DNA of 64,000 bases from a virus: the IMG/VR virus record IMGVR_UViG_3300032046_005540, positions 64,001-128,000 of that record. One strand, 5' to 3'. Below the pieces are notes generated by a model. That model was not told where the DNA came from, searched no databases, and saw nothing but the letters and a program-made list of their open reading frames with translations. Positions 47,962 through 57,526 of the stretch are shown here, piece by piece. Numbering within the stretch: position 1 is the stretch's first letter; the number at the start of each line of letters is the position of its first letter. Made by a program: the position numbers and the translations under genes.

Positions 47962-48342
47962 CTAACCTCTATTAAGTGGGGGGTGTGTAAAATGATCTCC
48001 TTCGAATTTTTTCAACAACATATTTTCTAAATCTCTCGCTTCTTTTTTAGTATCAACAGAAATAATTAAAACATACTTTTTCCCTTTTACTCGTAAAAAT
48101 CTATTTATTCTTTTATTTGTTTCTTGAGATGGTCCAGGATTATAATATCCACTCCACCTTATTCTTACATCATCGTCTGCTTTTCCAAGATATAAAATAT
48201 CCGATCCTCCCACTGGATGATTAAGAACTTTATCCCAAAAAATAACATAAACCGCAGGGCATTTAGGAAATGTTCCAATGTTTTCCCTAGTAAGAAGAAA
48301 ACATTTACACTCATACATTTCCTGTAACTCTTTGCTGTTCAT
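47962..48342 (-). CDS. GIY-YIG nuclease
   Basis: PAVYVI...LYLGKA..VRIR...LE..LL...PPLN. Confidence 0.75.
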   Translation of the reverse strand: MNSKELQEMYECKCFLLTRENIGTFPKCPAVYVIFWDKVLNHPVGGSDILYLGKADDDVRIRWSGYYNPGPSQETNKRINRFLRVKGKKYVLIISVDTKKEARDLENMLLKKFEGDHFTHPPLNRG

Positions 48343-48368
48343 AATCTCCTCCTTTGTTTTTGTTCTTT

Positions 48369-48394
48369 AATCTATTATACACAAAATACAGGAG
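48369..48394 (-). promoter_or_regulatory. Conserved extended -10 promoter motif
   Basis: Minus strand CTCCTGTATTTTGTGTATAATAGATT. Confidence 0.65.
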
Positions 48395-48454
48395 ATAGAT
48401 GCCCCCTATTATAATAAAATACAATAAAATCCACTAAATTTAACACTTTTATTA

Positions 48455-49936
48455 TCAACGTTTTACCTCTTTTATTACCACCCTAAACAATGCCTCTGAT
48501 TTATAAAGTCTTTTCCGCTTATTACTATGAGTCTTTAAATACTTATAAGGATCAAGAAAGTCAACCACTATCGCTGAAGTCTTTTCTTCAGTTTCTGTTT
48601 TGTAAGGTGTTAAACACCTAAGACGCTGAAATACTTTGATAGCAGACTTCCCTCCAGCAGCAATTACTACAACATCTAAATTTTGAACGTCAATCCCCTC
48701 ATCGCCTAAAGTTGTAATCAAACATAACAACCTTTTATCTTTTAAATCCTGAAATGTTTTTATTCTAAAATCAGTTTCGTCATTACCTTGTAAAAATATA
48801 GAGCTAGGAATTAACTCTTGAAGAATTTCTCCATGCTTTATTTTACTAACTAATACCATTGAAGACTTTCCTCTTTCCATCAAATTCTTTACCACTCTAC
48901 TTATAATGTTATTACGAAGGGTATTCTCCACAATACATTCTTTATAAATCGTCGTATAAGCCTTACTTGAAGGTCCAATGTTTTTAGGAAGTTTAATTAA
49001 ATGTATAGTAGGAGCAACTAAAAACCCACCTTTGATCAAGTCAGAATAACTAATTTCATATATCAAAGGACCAACTAAACCTTCAATATATAAATCAGTA
49101 TTATCCTCTCTAAATAAAGTTCCACTTCCACCGATTATATATTCTGCTTCTTTAATTTGGGTTAAAACAAATCTGTAACTTGCTGCCGAACAATGATGTG
49201 ACTCGTCCACCCAAACAAATTTCATCTCCTTAATTAACTTTTTTACATTTTCTTTTTCAGCAACTTTTGTAAGAGAAACCTCTTTCTTTTCTTTAGGTTC
49301 TAATGTATACTTTTTATCATAAGCAGAAATTGCAGATTGAATTGTTATAATCGTAACTCCGTCAAATTTAATATCACATTGACCATCTCCAACTATTCCT
49401 ACAGGAACTTGAGGCAGAAACTTTTGAAACTTTTCTTTCGTTTGATATGCAATATCAATACTTTGACAAAAAATAACAAAAGGAAAGATATTCAATCGGG
49501 CACAAACCATAGTCATTAATACCGTCTTTCCACTTCTAATCCTTGCCCAAATTCTTCCTCTTTTATGTTTTAGGATAGCTTCAACTGCATCCTTTTGATA
49601 AGGCCTTTCTTCAACACCTACTAACTCAAGAAGCTCTCCTTTTGTATAAATAGGTCTAAAATCTTCTATTTCATATGGAATAGAACTAGATTTTAAAACT
49701 TCTAAAACAATTGGTAGATGACCAGTTAAAAACTTACCAGAAGCTTTTGAAAACAAATGTTGTTGCCCATCCCATTGTTCTCGAACATATTTATTTTTTG
49801 AGGTAGCTTTTATAAAGAAACTATGTTGCACTTCATAAGCAAGTAAATTGTAGAGATCTTCAAAAATTTCTTTGGAAGGACTGAGAGGAATAAGTTGGGA
49901 ATACACTACACCTATCTTTACTTTGTAATTTTCCAT
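48455..49936 (-). CDS. SF2 DExH helicase (UvsW-like)
   Basis: RPYQ, RSGKT, VDESHH, SGT..RED, EGID, Q..R. Confidence 0.9.
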   Translation of the reverse strand: MENYKVKIGVVYSQLIPLSPSKEIFEDLYNLLAYEVQHSFFIKATSKNKYVREQWDGQQHLFSKASGKFLTGHLPIVLEVLKSSSIPYEIEDFRPIYTKGELLELVGVEERPYQKDAVEAILKHKRGRIWARIRSGKTVLMTMVCARLNIFPFVIFCQSIDIAYQTKEKFQKFLPQVPVGIVGDGQCDIKFDGVTIITIQSAISAYDKKYTLEPKEKKEVSLTKVAEKENVKKLIKEMKFVWVDESHHCSAASYRFVLTQIKEAEYIIGGSGTLFREDNTDLYIEGLVGPLIYEISYSDLIKGGFLVAPTIHLIKLPKNIGPSSKAYTTIYKECIVENTLRNNIISRVVKNLMERGKSSMVLVSKIKHGEILQELIPSSIFLQGNDETDFRIKTFQDLKDKRLLCLITTLGDEGIDVQNLDVVVIAAGGKSAIKVFQRLRCLTPYKTETEEKTSAIVVDFLDPYKYLKTHSNKRKRLYKSEALFRVVIKEVKR

Positions 49937-49941
49937 TTTAC

Positions 49942-50163
49942 TTAGACTTTTTCTACACCTTCTATACTTTTAATAGAGTCTTTATAATACAAAACAGTTC
50001 TTTCTTTAATATAAGAATCCTTACTTGGTATAAACTTCATACCAATAGAATCTAAGTCATTCCAAACAAGAATTCCAAAAAATAACTCTCCATTTTCATT
50101 TTTAAAAGTAACTTTTACTTTACTATTTATAAGAGAATCCAAAAATTCTTTACTATTCATCAT
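49942..50163 (-). CDS. Sm/Hfq-like small protein
   Basis: FLDSL..KVKV..NG....G.L...D.....LYYKDSIKSI parallels Hfq Sm1/Sm2 spacing. Confidence 0.45.
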   Translation of the reverse strand: MMNSKEFLDSLINSKVKVTFKNENGELFFGILVWNDLDSIGMKFIPSKDSYIKERTVLYYKDSIKSIEGVEKV

Positions 50164-50437
50164 ACACCGCCTTTCTCATAGTATCTATATCATTTTGTGG
50201 AAATTCTTCACTTGTAAGATAAATAACACCAATAGGTGTTTCTACTAATACTTTCAAAAGAAGCCCTCGATAACTTGTACAATTTGTAAAATCAACCAAA
50301 GAACATTTCTCTTTTAAAATTTTTTGTAATTCCTCTAATGTATCCGGATGTAAATAAAGGTATTTAGGCCTTTCTCCAGTCGCTTCAATAAACTTTTCTA
50401 TTGCTTCCTCTAATTTATCTAACATATAAGTATCCAT
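50153..50437 (-). CDS. Hypothetical protein
   Basis: ORF with RBS. Confidence 0.55.
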   Translation of the reverse strand: MDTYMLDKLEEAIEKFIEATGERPKYLYLHPDTLEELQKILKEKCSLVDFTNCTSYRGLLLKVLVETPIGVIYLTSEEFPQNDIDTMRKAVYDE

Positions 50438-50615
50438 TTTTCTCCTTTACTTAAAATACAATCGCTAAACAAAACATTAACTTTATTTCTTTTCTTCTTT
50501 TGGATATAATCCTTTTTCTCGAAGGCGCTGTAATAAGTTTTCAAATGGTCTATAAGTATGGCCTTGTAGTCTTTTTTCTTTCTTTTCAAACCTTTTATCT
50601 TTATTCATTTCTTAC

Positions 50616-51386
50616 TCACTTTATTTCTTTAAGATGATTAAACATAGATTGAGGAATCGATAAGTAAACACCATCTACAATATTTTTAACAACATCAATA
50701 ACCTTATTTGCTTGCAGTAAAGTATAAGTTGTAAAATCTTTATCCGAAATCTCTTTAAATGTATTTAAATAATCTTCAGGAATAACAACACCAGGAATTT
50801 TTGATAAATTATCTAAATGATTTTTAGATTTTGGAATCATTATACCTAATAACACAGGTAAATTATATGGTTCTATTTCTTTTAAAAATTTTAATGCTTG
50901 ACTTATAGTAAATACAGGTTGCGTTTGAAGGTAATCAGCACCAGCATCTATTTTACTTTGTAAATATTTGTGATCTATATTATTCGGATCTACGGCAACA
51001 CCAACCAAAATATTATAAGACTTTACTAACTTAATTACATCAACTATACACGCCCCACTCCAAAATCCTTTACTATGAGGATCCCCAGATAAAACAAGTA
51101 TTATATTTACACCAATTGATGCTGCCTGAAGCATATCAGATCTTATTATAACTTCAGATCTCCCAGAAAGAGGATAATGAACAATTACTTTAAAGCCTTC
51201 GGATATCAAATATTGTGCAGTATAAAGAGCTGGTAATTTAGGTTTTCCCATTGGATTAGAAACAACACTAATAGTATCAATACCTACTTCTTTAAGTATT
51301 TTAATATGTTGAGATAGTTCTTTTAAATTTCCACTACCCGGAGGAATAATTTCAACAACTTTTGTAAAATTTGAAAACAATTTCAT
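50616..51386 (-). CDS. metF: Methylenetetrahydrofolate reductase-like protein
   Basis: VEIIPP, IVH, LVLSGDP, KIDAGADYLQTQPVF, PVLLGI. Confidence 0.85.
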   Translation of the reverse strand: MKLFSNFTKVVEIIPPGSGNLKELSQHIKILKEVGIDTISVVSNPMGKPKLPALYTAQYLISEGFKVIVHYPLSGRSEVIIRSDMLQAASIGVNIILVLSGDPHSKGFWSGACIVDVIKLVKSYNILVGVAVDPNNIDHKYLQSKIDAGADYLQTQPVFTISQALKFLKEIEPYNLPVLLGIMIPKSKNHLDNLSKIPGVVIPEDYLNTFKEISDKDFTTYTLLQANKVIDVVKNIVDGVYLSIPQSMFNHLKEIK

Positions 51387-52372
51387 ATTTGCCTCATTAC
51401 TTCTAAATATTGGTTAACTCTAGTGGTAATTGTATGATTTTTCATTACTTCTTCCTGACCACATTTTGCTATTTGTTCTCTTTCATCGTCATGTTCTAAA
51501 TAATATATAACTTTAAATTTTAAATCTTCAATTGTTCCATCATAAGTTACTAAATGTTTCCCAGGAATAAAAAACTTTTCAAGATTATCCATAGGAGGAC
51601 AAATGAAAAAACATCCACAACCCATTGCTTTAAAAATTCTATCCGAAATTTTCCAACCCATATTATCTTTTATTACATGAAGAGTATCAAATGTTATTTT
51701 AGATTGCCTATAAACATTAGTCATTTCAGAACCATAAAGACATTGGTCGGAAGAATTTTCAGATATATTTCCAATAACCTTAACTTTACAAAAATCTTTT
51801 AAAGTATTAATACATTCCTCTCTCCTAAAAATGTTACGGCCTCTTTGCGAATTGCCTATAAAACAAATGTCATAAATTTCATAATTAGTATCTAACCTTT
51901 CAATTAAAGGTTTATAATATGTTTGATCATAATATTGGGGCAAAAACACTGCATTTTTTGCATAATCTTTTAATATTTCTGCCATTCCTTCAACTGATGT
52001 TATAATTAAATCAAATACTCCTTTATATCTACCCCAATATCCTAAATCATTTTTTGGTTTATAAGCATCAGCATTCCATAAAACTAACTTAAATCCCAAT
52101 TGTGATATTTTTTCAAAAAACTCTCTTGGTTCAACTCCTGCTCCAGTTACAAATACATAATCTGGATTAAATAATTTTACTGATTCAACCATATGAGTTT
52201 CATAGTTATATTTGGCAGTACCAGGAGGCAAAGGATGTTCATAGGGTAAACATCTTTCTGGCTCAATTAAACATTTAACTAAAACTTCATAGCCCAAATC
52301 TTTCATTTCCCGAGCAATCAAAAGACCATTTTGATAAGGCAAATTACAATAAACAAATGTTACTATTTTCAA
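51383..52372 (-). CDS. CgeB-like glycosyltransferase
   Basis: ICFIG...YRQSKI...SDRIFKAMGCG...EREQIA..GQ. Confidence 0.85.
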   Translation of the reverse strand: MKIVTFVYCNLPYQNGLLIAREMKDLGYEVLVKCLIEPERCLPYEHPLPPGTAKYNYETHMVESVKLFNPDYVFVTGAGVEPREFFEKISQLGFKLVLWNADAYKPKNDLGYWGRYKGVFDLIITSVEGMAEILKDYAKNAVFLPQYYDQTYYKPLIERLDTNYEIYDICFIGNSQRGRNIFRREECINTLKDFCKVKVIGNISENSSDQCLYGSEMTNVYRQSKITFDTLHVIKDNMGWKISDRIFKAMGCGCFFICPPMDNLEKFFIPGKHLVTYDGTIEDLKFKVIYYLEHDDEREQIAKCGQEEVMKNHTITTRVNQYLEVMRQI

Positions 52373-53394
52373 AAATCACCCCCATCAATCACTTTTTGAA
52401 AAACATCTAAATACTGGGATTTTAAAACATTCCAAGAAAATTTATTCTCAATAATTTCTCTATTCCTTTTAGATACTTCTTTTAAATCAATGTTCATTAC
52501 AAAATTTATCTTAAAAACGAAATCATCTAAATCTGGTTCATAAACAACCTTTTCTTCACCAAAATGTGAATTATTTTTAACTTTTATAAGAAATTTTTTA
52601 TCTTCAACAACTTCATTCATTGGAGGAGCATCAGTTGTTATAACAGGAAAACCACAAGCCATTGCTTCATATATAGGAAGGCCATTTCCTTCAAAATGTG
52701 ATGGTGCTAAATAAATATCTCCTTCTTTATAAAGATCCATTATTTCAGGTTTTTCACCTACTCTTAAATCAACACCCTCAAGGCAGCCATATTTTTCAAG
52801 AGGAACTTGAGAATTTATAATTAACTTCACCTTCTCTTTATCTAACTTTTGAAAAGCTCTTAAAACTAAATCAGTACCTTTTCTTTTAAAATCTACATAA
52901 CCAGCATTATGTAATAATACTTTGTTTTCCCCTCTTTGAATAAATTTAAAATAATCTGTATCAATAGGATAAGGTAAATAATAACATTTCCATCCTTTAG
53001 ATTTTATTATATTATAACTCCACTTATTAACACAAAGCCACAAATCTACAAAATCTTTATACTTTTCAAGAATAGGTGTTCTTACACTATCTAACATAGG
53101 AATATAAACAATTTTAATTCCTTTTTCTTTTAAAATTTTTAAATAATCCCAACAAAAAGGATATTCTATTATCAAAACAACATCTAAACCAAAATTTATA
53201 AATTTTTCTAAAGCTTCTTTACTCAGATTTTCTTTTGAAGTTATTACAAAACTACATCTTAAATCATTTAAATTAGTGCCTTTTGCTTCCCATCTTATAA
53301 CAAGTTGACTATTAATTTCAAGATGTTTCCTAAAAAATTTTAACATTACTCCTAAACCAGAGTTATTAGCATATCCTATTGTGCCTATTCTCAT
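52369..53394 (-). CDS. GT4 glycosyltransferase
   Basis: RKG.D, PSHFEGNGLPIYEAMACGFPVITTD. Confidence 0.9.
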   Translation of the reverse strand: MRIGTIGYANNSGLGVMLKFFRKHLEINSQLVIRWEAKGTNLNDLRCSFVITSKENLSKEALEKFINFGLDVVLIIEYPFCWDYLKILKEKGIKIVYIPMLDSVRTPILEKYKDFVDLWLCVNKWSYNIIKSKGWKCYYLPYPIDTDYFKFIQRGENKVLLHNAGYVDFKRKGTDLVLRAFQKLDKEKVKLIINSQVPLEKYGCLEGVDLRVGEKPEIMDLYKEGDIYLAPSHFEGNGLPIYEAMACGFPVITTDAPPMNEVVEDKKFLIKVKNNSHFGEEKVVYEPDLDDFVFKINFVMNIDLKEVSKRNREIIENKFSWNVLKSQYLDVFQKVIDGGDF

Positions 53395-54347
53395 AATTTT
53401 AGTTTTTTCTTAATAATTGAAAGGTATCTACCAACACTTTTATCAATAGTATATTTATCAAAAATTTCTTTTTGCCCTTTTAATGCTATCTTTTCTCTCG
53501 CATCTTCGTGTTTTAAATAATAATCAATTTTCTCTAACATTTCTTCTTTAGTATGAAAAACATCAAGATGTTTTTTAAGAATAAAAAGCTCTTCAATTCC
53601 TGGAATATATTCAGTTAAAAGAAAACATCCACATCCCATAACCTGATACATTCTAACAGAAAATTGTAGGTTGTAATTTAATTCTCCTCCAGAAATCATA
53701 TTCAAACCTATTTTAGATTTCTTATAACAATCTGCTATAAATTTTCCATCATAATTAATAACACTTCCTAAAGAACTAAATCCCCATCCAACAATTATTG
53801 TTCTATATCCCTTTTTAACTATTTCTTTAAGGTATTCTTCTCTTTGTAGAGAACAAGGCGTTTTATTACCTACAAAAATAACATCATCTGCTTTTGCTAA
53901 AATATTATCTGATTTATAATAAGTATGATCAAAAAAATGAGGACTCCAAACAACTTTATCTGTATAAGGTTTTGCAATCTCAATATGCCCTTTCATTGTA
54001 GTTATAAATAAATCAATAATATCAAACGCTTCTAAAAATAAATGTTTTGAATTTTTTTGATTAAGCCAATAAGCATCTGGATGCCATATTACAATTTTTG
54101 CTCCCAAACTTTTTAAACATTTAATAATATCAAAGCCTCGATTTATTCCTCCAGTCTGAAATACAAAATCAGGTTTAAATTCTAAATAAAGAATTCTAAT
54201 TTGTTCTGCTGATTGATCAAAAAATCCAATAACAATTTCATGCCCTTGTCTTTTTAACTCTTCTACAATTCTAATACCATCCTGATATTCATTCAAACCA
54301 TTGCAAGTTTTAAAAGGAAACCTTTTTACAATCACTAATATCTTCAT
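53391..54347 (-). CDS. CgeB-like glycosyltransferase
   Basis: SKIGLN...SVRMYQVMGCGCFLLTE. Confidence 0.85.
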   Translation of the reverse strand: MKILVIVKRFPFKTCNGLNEYQDGIRIVEELKRQGHEIVIGFFDQSAEQIRILYLEFKPDFVFQTGGINRGFDIIKCLKSLGAKIVIWHPDAYWLNQKNSKHLFLEAFDIIDLFITTMKGHIEIAKPYTDKVVWSPHFFDHTYYKSDNILAKADDVIFVGNKTPCSLQREEYLKEIVKKGYRTIIVGWGFSSLGSVINYDGKFIADCYKKSKIGLNMISGGELNYNLQFSVRMYQVMGCGCFLLTEYIPGIEELFILKKHLDVFHTKEEMLEKIDYYLKHEDAREKIALKGQKEIFDKYTIDKSVGRYLSIIKKKLKL

Positions 54348-55285
54348 AAATATACTCTCTTTTTAATTACATCTAAATATTGATTTACACGGGCATCAAT
54401 GTCATGTTTTTCCATTACCTCTTGATATCCTTGTATAGCTATTTTTTCTCTAATCTTTGGATGTTCCAAATAATAATCAATTTTTTCTATCATTTCTTCT
54501 TTAGTATGGAAAACATCGAGGTGAACTCCAGGAATAAACATTGTTTCAATATTAGGAATGTATTCAGTTAAAAGGAAACATCCACTTCCCATAACTTGAT
54601 ACACTCTAACTGAAAATTGTAAATCACAATTAAATATACCTCCAGAAACTATATTTAATCCTATTTTAGAACTTTTATATGCTTTCGCAATATGCTCTCC
54701 ATTCCAATCTGCTTTAGTTTCTTCATCATTAATAGTAAAACCATGCCCGACAACTTTTAACTTATACTTTTTCTCAAGCTCTTTTAAATATTCTTCTCTT
54801 TGAGGAGATGCTTCAGTTTTTCCTCCAATAAAACAAATGCCATTTTCTTGCTTAATATTCTTATTTGTTTTAAAAAAAGTTGAATCAAAATAGTGAGGAG
54901 CCCAAACTACCTTATCAGTATAAGATTTTGAAACTTCAACATGACCTCTCATTGTAACTAAAAACAAATCAAACACGTTAAAAGCATCTAAAAAATAAGA
55001 TCTGGAAGGTTCTCTAAATAACCAATAAGCATCAGGATACCACATTACTAATTTTGCACCTAAATCTTTTAAACTATTTTGAACTCCAAGGTTACCTTTT
55101 GAATGTCCCATTCCTGTTTGAAATACAAAATCAGGCTGAAATTTTCTATATCTTGATATATAATCTTCTATTGATTTTCCAAAAGAAGCAGTATGAGTTT
55201 CATGACCCAATCGAGATAACGACTCTTGTATTCGTATTCCATCAGAAAAAGAATTTTTAGTTTCTATGATTAACATTATTTTCAT
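54344..55285 (-). CDS. CgeB-like glycosyltransferase (paralog of 53391-54347)
   Basis: Likely start MKIMLII; SKIGLN...SVRVYQVMGSGCFLLTE. Confidence 0.85.
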   Translation of the reverse strand: MKIMLIIETKNSFSDGIRIQESLSRLGHETHTASFGKSIEDYISRYRKFQPDFVFQTGMGHSKGNLGVQNSLKDLGAKLVMWYPDAYWLFREPSRSYFLDAFNVFDLFLVTMRGHVEVSKSYTDKVVWAPHYFDSTFFKTNKNIKQENGICFIGGKTEASPQREEYLKELEKKYKLKVVGHGFTINDEETKADWNGEHIAKAYKSSKIGLNIVSGGIFNCDLQFSVRVYQVMGSGCFLLTEYIPNIETMFIPGVHLDVFHTKEEMIEKIDYYLEHPKIREKIAIQGYQEVMEKHDIDARVNQYLDVIKKRVYL

Positions 55286-55287
55286 AT

Positions 55288-56034
55288 TTACATACCTTCT
55301 ACAAAAGGATCTACATCTCTCCATAAGAGTAAAATACATGGCCAATCTTTAGTTTTATTCATTAATTGTTTACTAGATCTTAAATCAATTATACCATCCT
55401 TACATATTCTACCATATGAAAAACCTAATTTTTCAACTAAATTAAAAAATTGTAATTCAGTAAAACCAGCTAATTCGTAATGACGATTACTGAGTTCACA
55501 CACCATTACTAATTTAGAACTGCGATTAATAAGATTTTGAAGTCCTTCAATTACCCCAACCTCAGCACCATCTACAACAATTTTAATAAAATCTGCTTTC
55601 TCAACATTTTGTAAAATATCATCTCCAACAGCTACTTCTAAATCTAATTCTTTTTTATTTTTATAATAAGAAACTCCAGTCTTATTATGTAATCCAAAAT
55701 TAAAAGGTTTAATATTTTTATATAATTCTGAATTCTTTACAAGAACCTCATAAGTACCGAAAAATGGTTCAAAAGCATAAATAATTCCTGTTTCTCCTAT
55801 TTTTTGAGAAGCCATTACAGAATATATTCCTACATTTGCACCAACATCAATACAAGTCATTCCTGGTTTTAAATATTTACCTACAACATCAAGTTTTTCA
55901 TTTTCATAAGTACCTAACTTAATACATTTGCTAACAAAATAATCACTACCCACTCTAACTTTTTCATCTTTTTTGGCTTCATCATCTTTATCAAGAAGCC
56001 ACATTTTTCCTACAAAAGTATCAACTAATTCCAT
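55288..56034 (-). CDS. FkbM-family methyltransferase
   Basis: IDVGANVG.YS, YAFEP, FIKIVVDGAE. Confidence 0.85.
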   Translation of the reverse strand: MELVDTFVGKMWLLDKDDEAKKDEKVRVGSDYFVSKCIKLGTYENEKLDVVGKYLKPGMTCIDVGANVGIYSVMASQKIGETGIIYAFEPFFGTYEVLVKNSELYKNIKPFNFGLHNKTGVSYYKNKKELDLEVAVGDDILQNVEKADFIKIVVDGAEVGVIEGLQNLINRSSKLVMVCELSNRHYELAGFTELQFFNLVEKLGFSYGRICKDGIIDLRSSKQLMNKTKDWPCILLLWRDVDPFVEGM

Positions 56035-56045
56035 TATTATTCTCC

Positions 56046-56786
56046 TTACGGTTTTTGTAAAACTACTCCTACAGGCATGCATCTCGACACATACATTGGA
56101 TATGTTTTACAAAATTTTGAAAAAAGAGTATCAAAATTATCAAAATTATCTTTATCATTTAATAATTTTAAACCAGTATCTTCAATTAATTCTTTAATTT
56201 TGTCTGGAGTATAACATGTAATAATTGGATCCGCAGGACTTCCATACCATGTCTTAAACTCTTTGTAAGCTTCTAAAGTAAAAACAATTCTACCCCCAGG
56301 TTTTAAAATTCTATCTAATTCTTTAAATATAATTTTTGCATCTTCTATTGGATTATGCTCTAAAGAACTACAAGAAACAATATGATCAAAAAAATTACTT
56401 TCAAAATTTGTACATTTTAAATTTTGACAAGAAAATCTCAGGTCTACATCAAATTGTTTTTCTTTTTCTTTTGACCACTCTTCAATATGACTACCTCTTC
56501 TATCTACAGTATATAATTCATAACGTTTTGCTAAAAAAATTTGAAAAACTCCTCTACCACATCCAGCATCCAAAATTTTATCTTTTGGAAGAAATGCAGC
56601 CTCTGGTATTGCTTTTACTGGAAGATGCCAGTATATCCAAGGATAGTCTAACATATATTGGCTTATAGCAAGGCTTTCTTCAGCTTCTTTAATGCTATGG
56701 CTTGTTCTACATATTTCAATCAATTCCTCATTTACTCTTTGATATTCAAATGTATTTTTCAAATCAATATCTAATAATTCTATCAT
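56046..56786 (-). CDS. Class I SAM methyltransferase
   Basis: ILDAGCGRG, SSLEH, RILKPGG. Confidence 0.88.
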   Translation of the reverse strand: MIELLDIDLKNTFEYQRVNEELIEICRTSHSIKEAEESLAISQYMLDYPWIYWHLPVKAIPEAAFLPKDKILDAGCGRGVFQIFLAKRYELYTVDRRGSHIEEWSKEKEKQFDVDLRFSCQNLKCTNFESNFFDHIVSCSSLEHNPIEDAKIIFKELDRILKPGGRIVFTLEAYKEFKTWYGSPADPIITCYTPDKIKELIEDTGLKLLNDKDNFDNFDTLFSKFCKTYPMYVSRCMPVGVVLQKP

Positions 56787-56803
56787 TATTTTACTCCTCT
56801 TAT

Positions 56804-57526
56804 TTATTTTGTTTTTGAAAAAATTACTCCTAAAGGAATAAATTCCCTACTTTTACATACCGAATATTCATTAAATATATCTACAATAATTTCTTCAATT
56901 TGATTAAAATTATTACCAGAATTAAACAAATATAAATTTGTATTTTCAATTAATTCTTTTATTTCTTTTTCAGTATAACAAGTTATAATAGGATCTCTAA
57001 CAGATGGATAAATAACTTTAAATTTTTTCCAAGCAACCAAAGTAAAAATAATTAATCCCCCAGGCTTCAAAATTCTATCCATTTCTTTAAATATTAATTT
57101 AACATCCTCAAAAGAATTATGTTCTAATGAACTACATGAAACTATATAATCAAAAAAATTATCTTCATAATTAGTATTTTTTAAATTTTCTTCTTTAAAA
57201 TTAATTTTTATATTAAATTGTTTTTCTCTTTTTACTATCCAAGAATTATAGATTTCTTTTCTCTTATCACAATTATAAACTTCTGCTCCTTCCAAAGCTA
57301 AATATAATTGAAGCGTTCCTATTCCTCCTCCAGCATCCAAAATTCTCTTTCCTGAAATTTCTGGTAAATGAATTATAATCCAAGGATAATCAAGCATATA
57401 TGATGATATTGCTAATCCTTTTTTACCTTGCAATTTAGTTACTTGTGTATAAATATTAAGTAATTTTTTACTTATTTCTTGATATTCTTTTCTATTTTTA
57501 ATGTTAGAGTTTAATAACTCAATCAT
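56804..57526 (-). CDS. Class I SAM methyltransferase (paralog of 56046-56786)
   Basis: ILDAGGGIG, SSLEH, RILKPGG. Confidence 0.88.
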   Translation of the reverse strand: MIELLNSNIKNRKEYQEISKKLLNIYTQVTKLQGKKGLAISSYMLDYPWIIIHLPEISGKRILDAGGGIGTLQLYLALEGAEVYNCDKRKEIYNSWIVKREKQFNIKINFKEENLKNTNYEDNFFDYIVSCSSLEHNSFEDVKLIFKEMDRILKPGGLIIFTLVAWKKFKVIYPSVRDPIITCYTEKEIKELIENTNLYLFNSGNNFNQIEEIIVDIFNEYSVCKSREFIPLGVIFSKTK

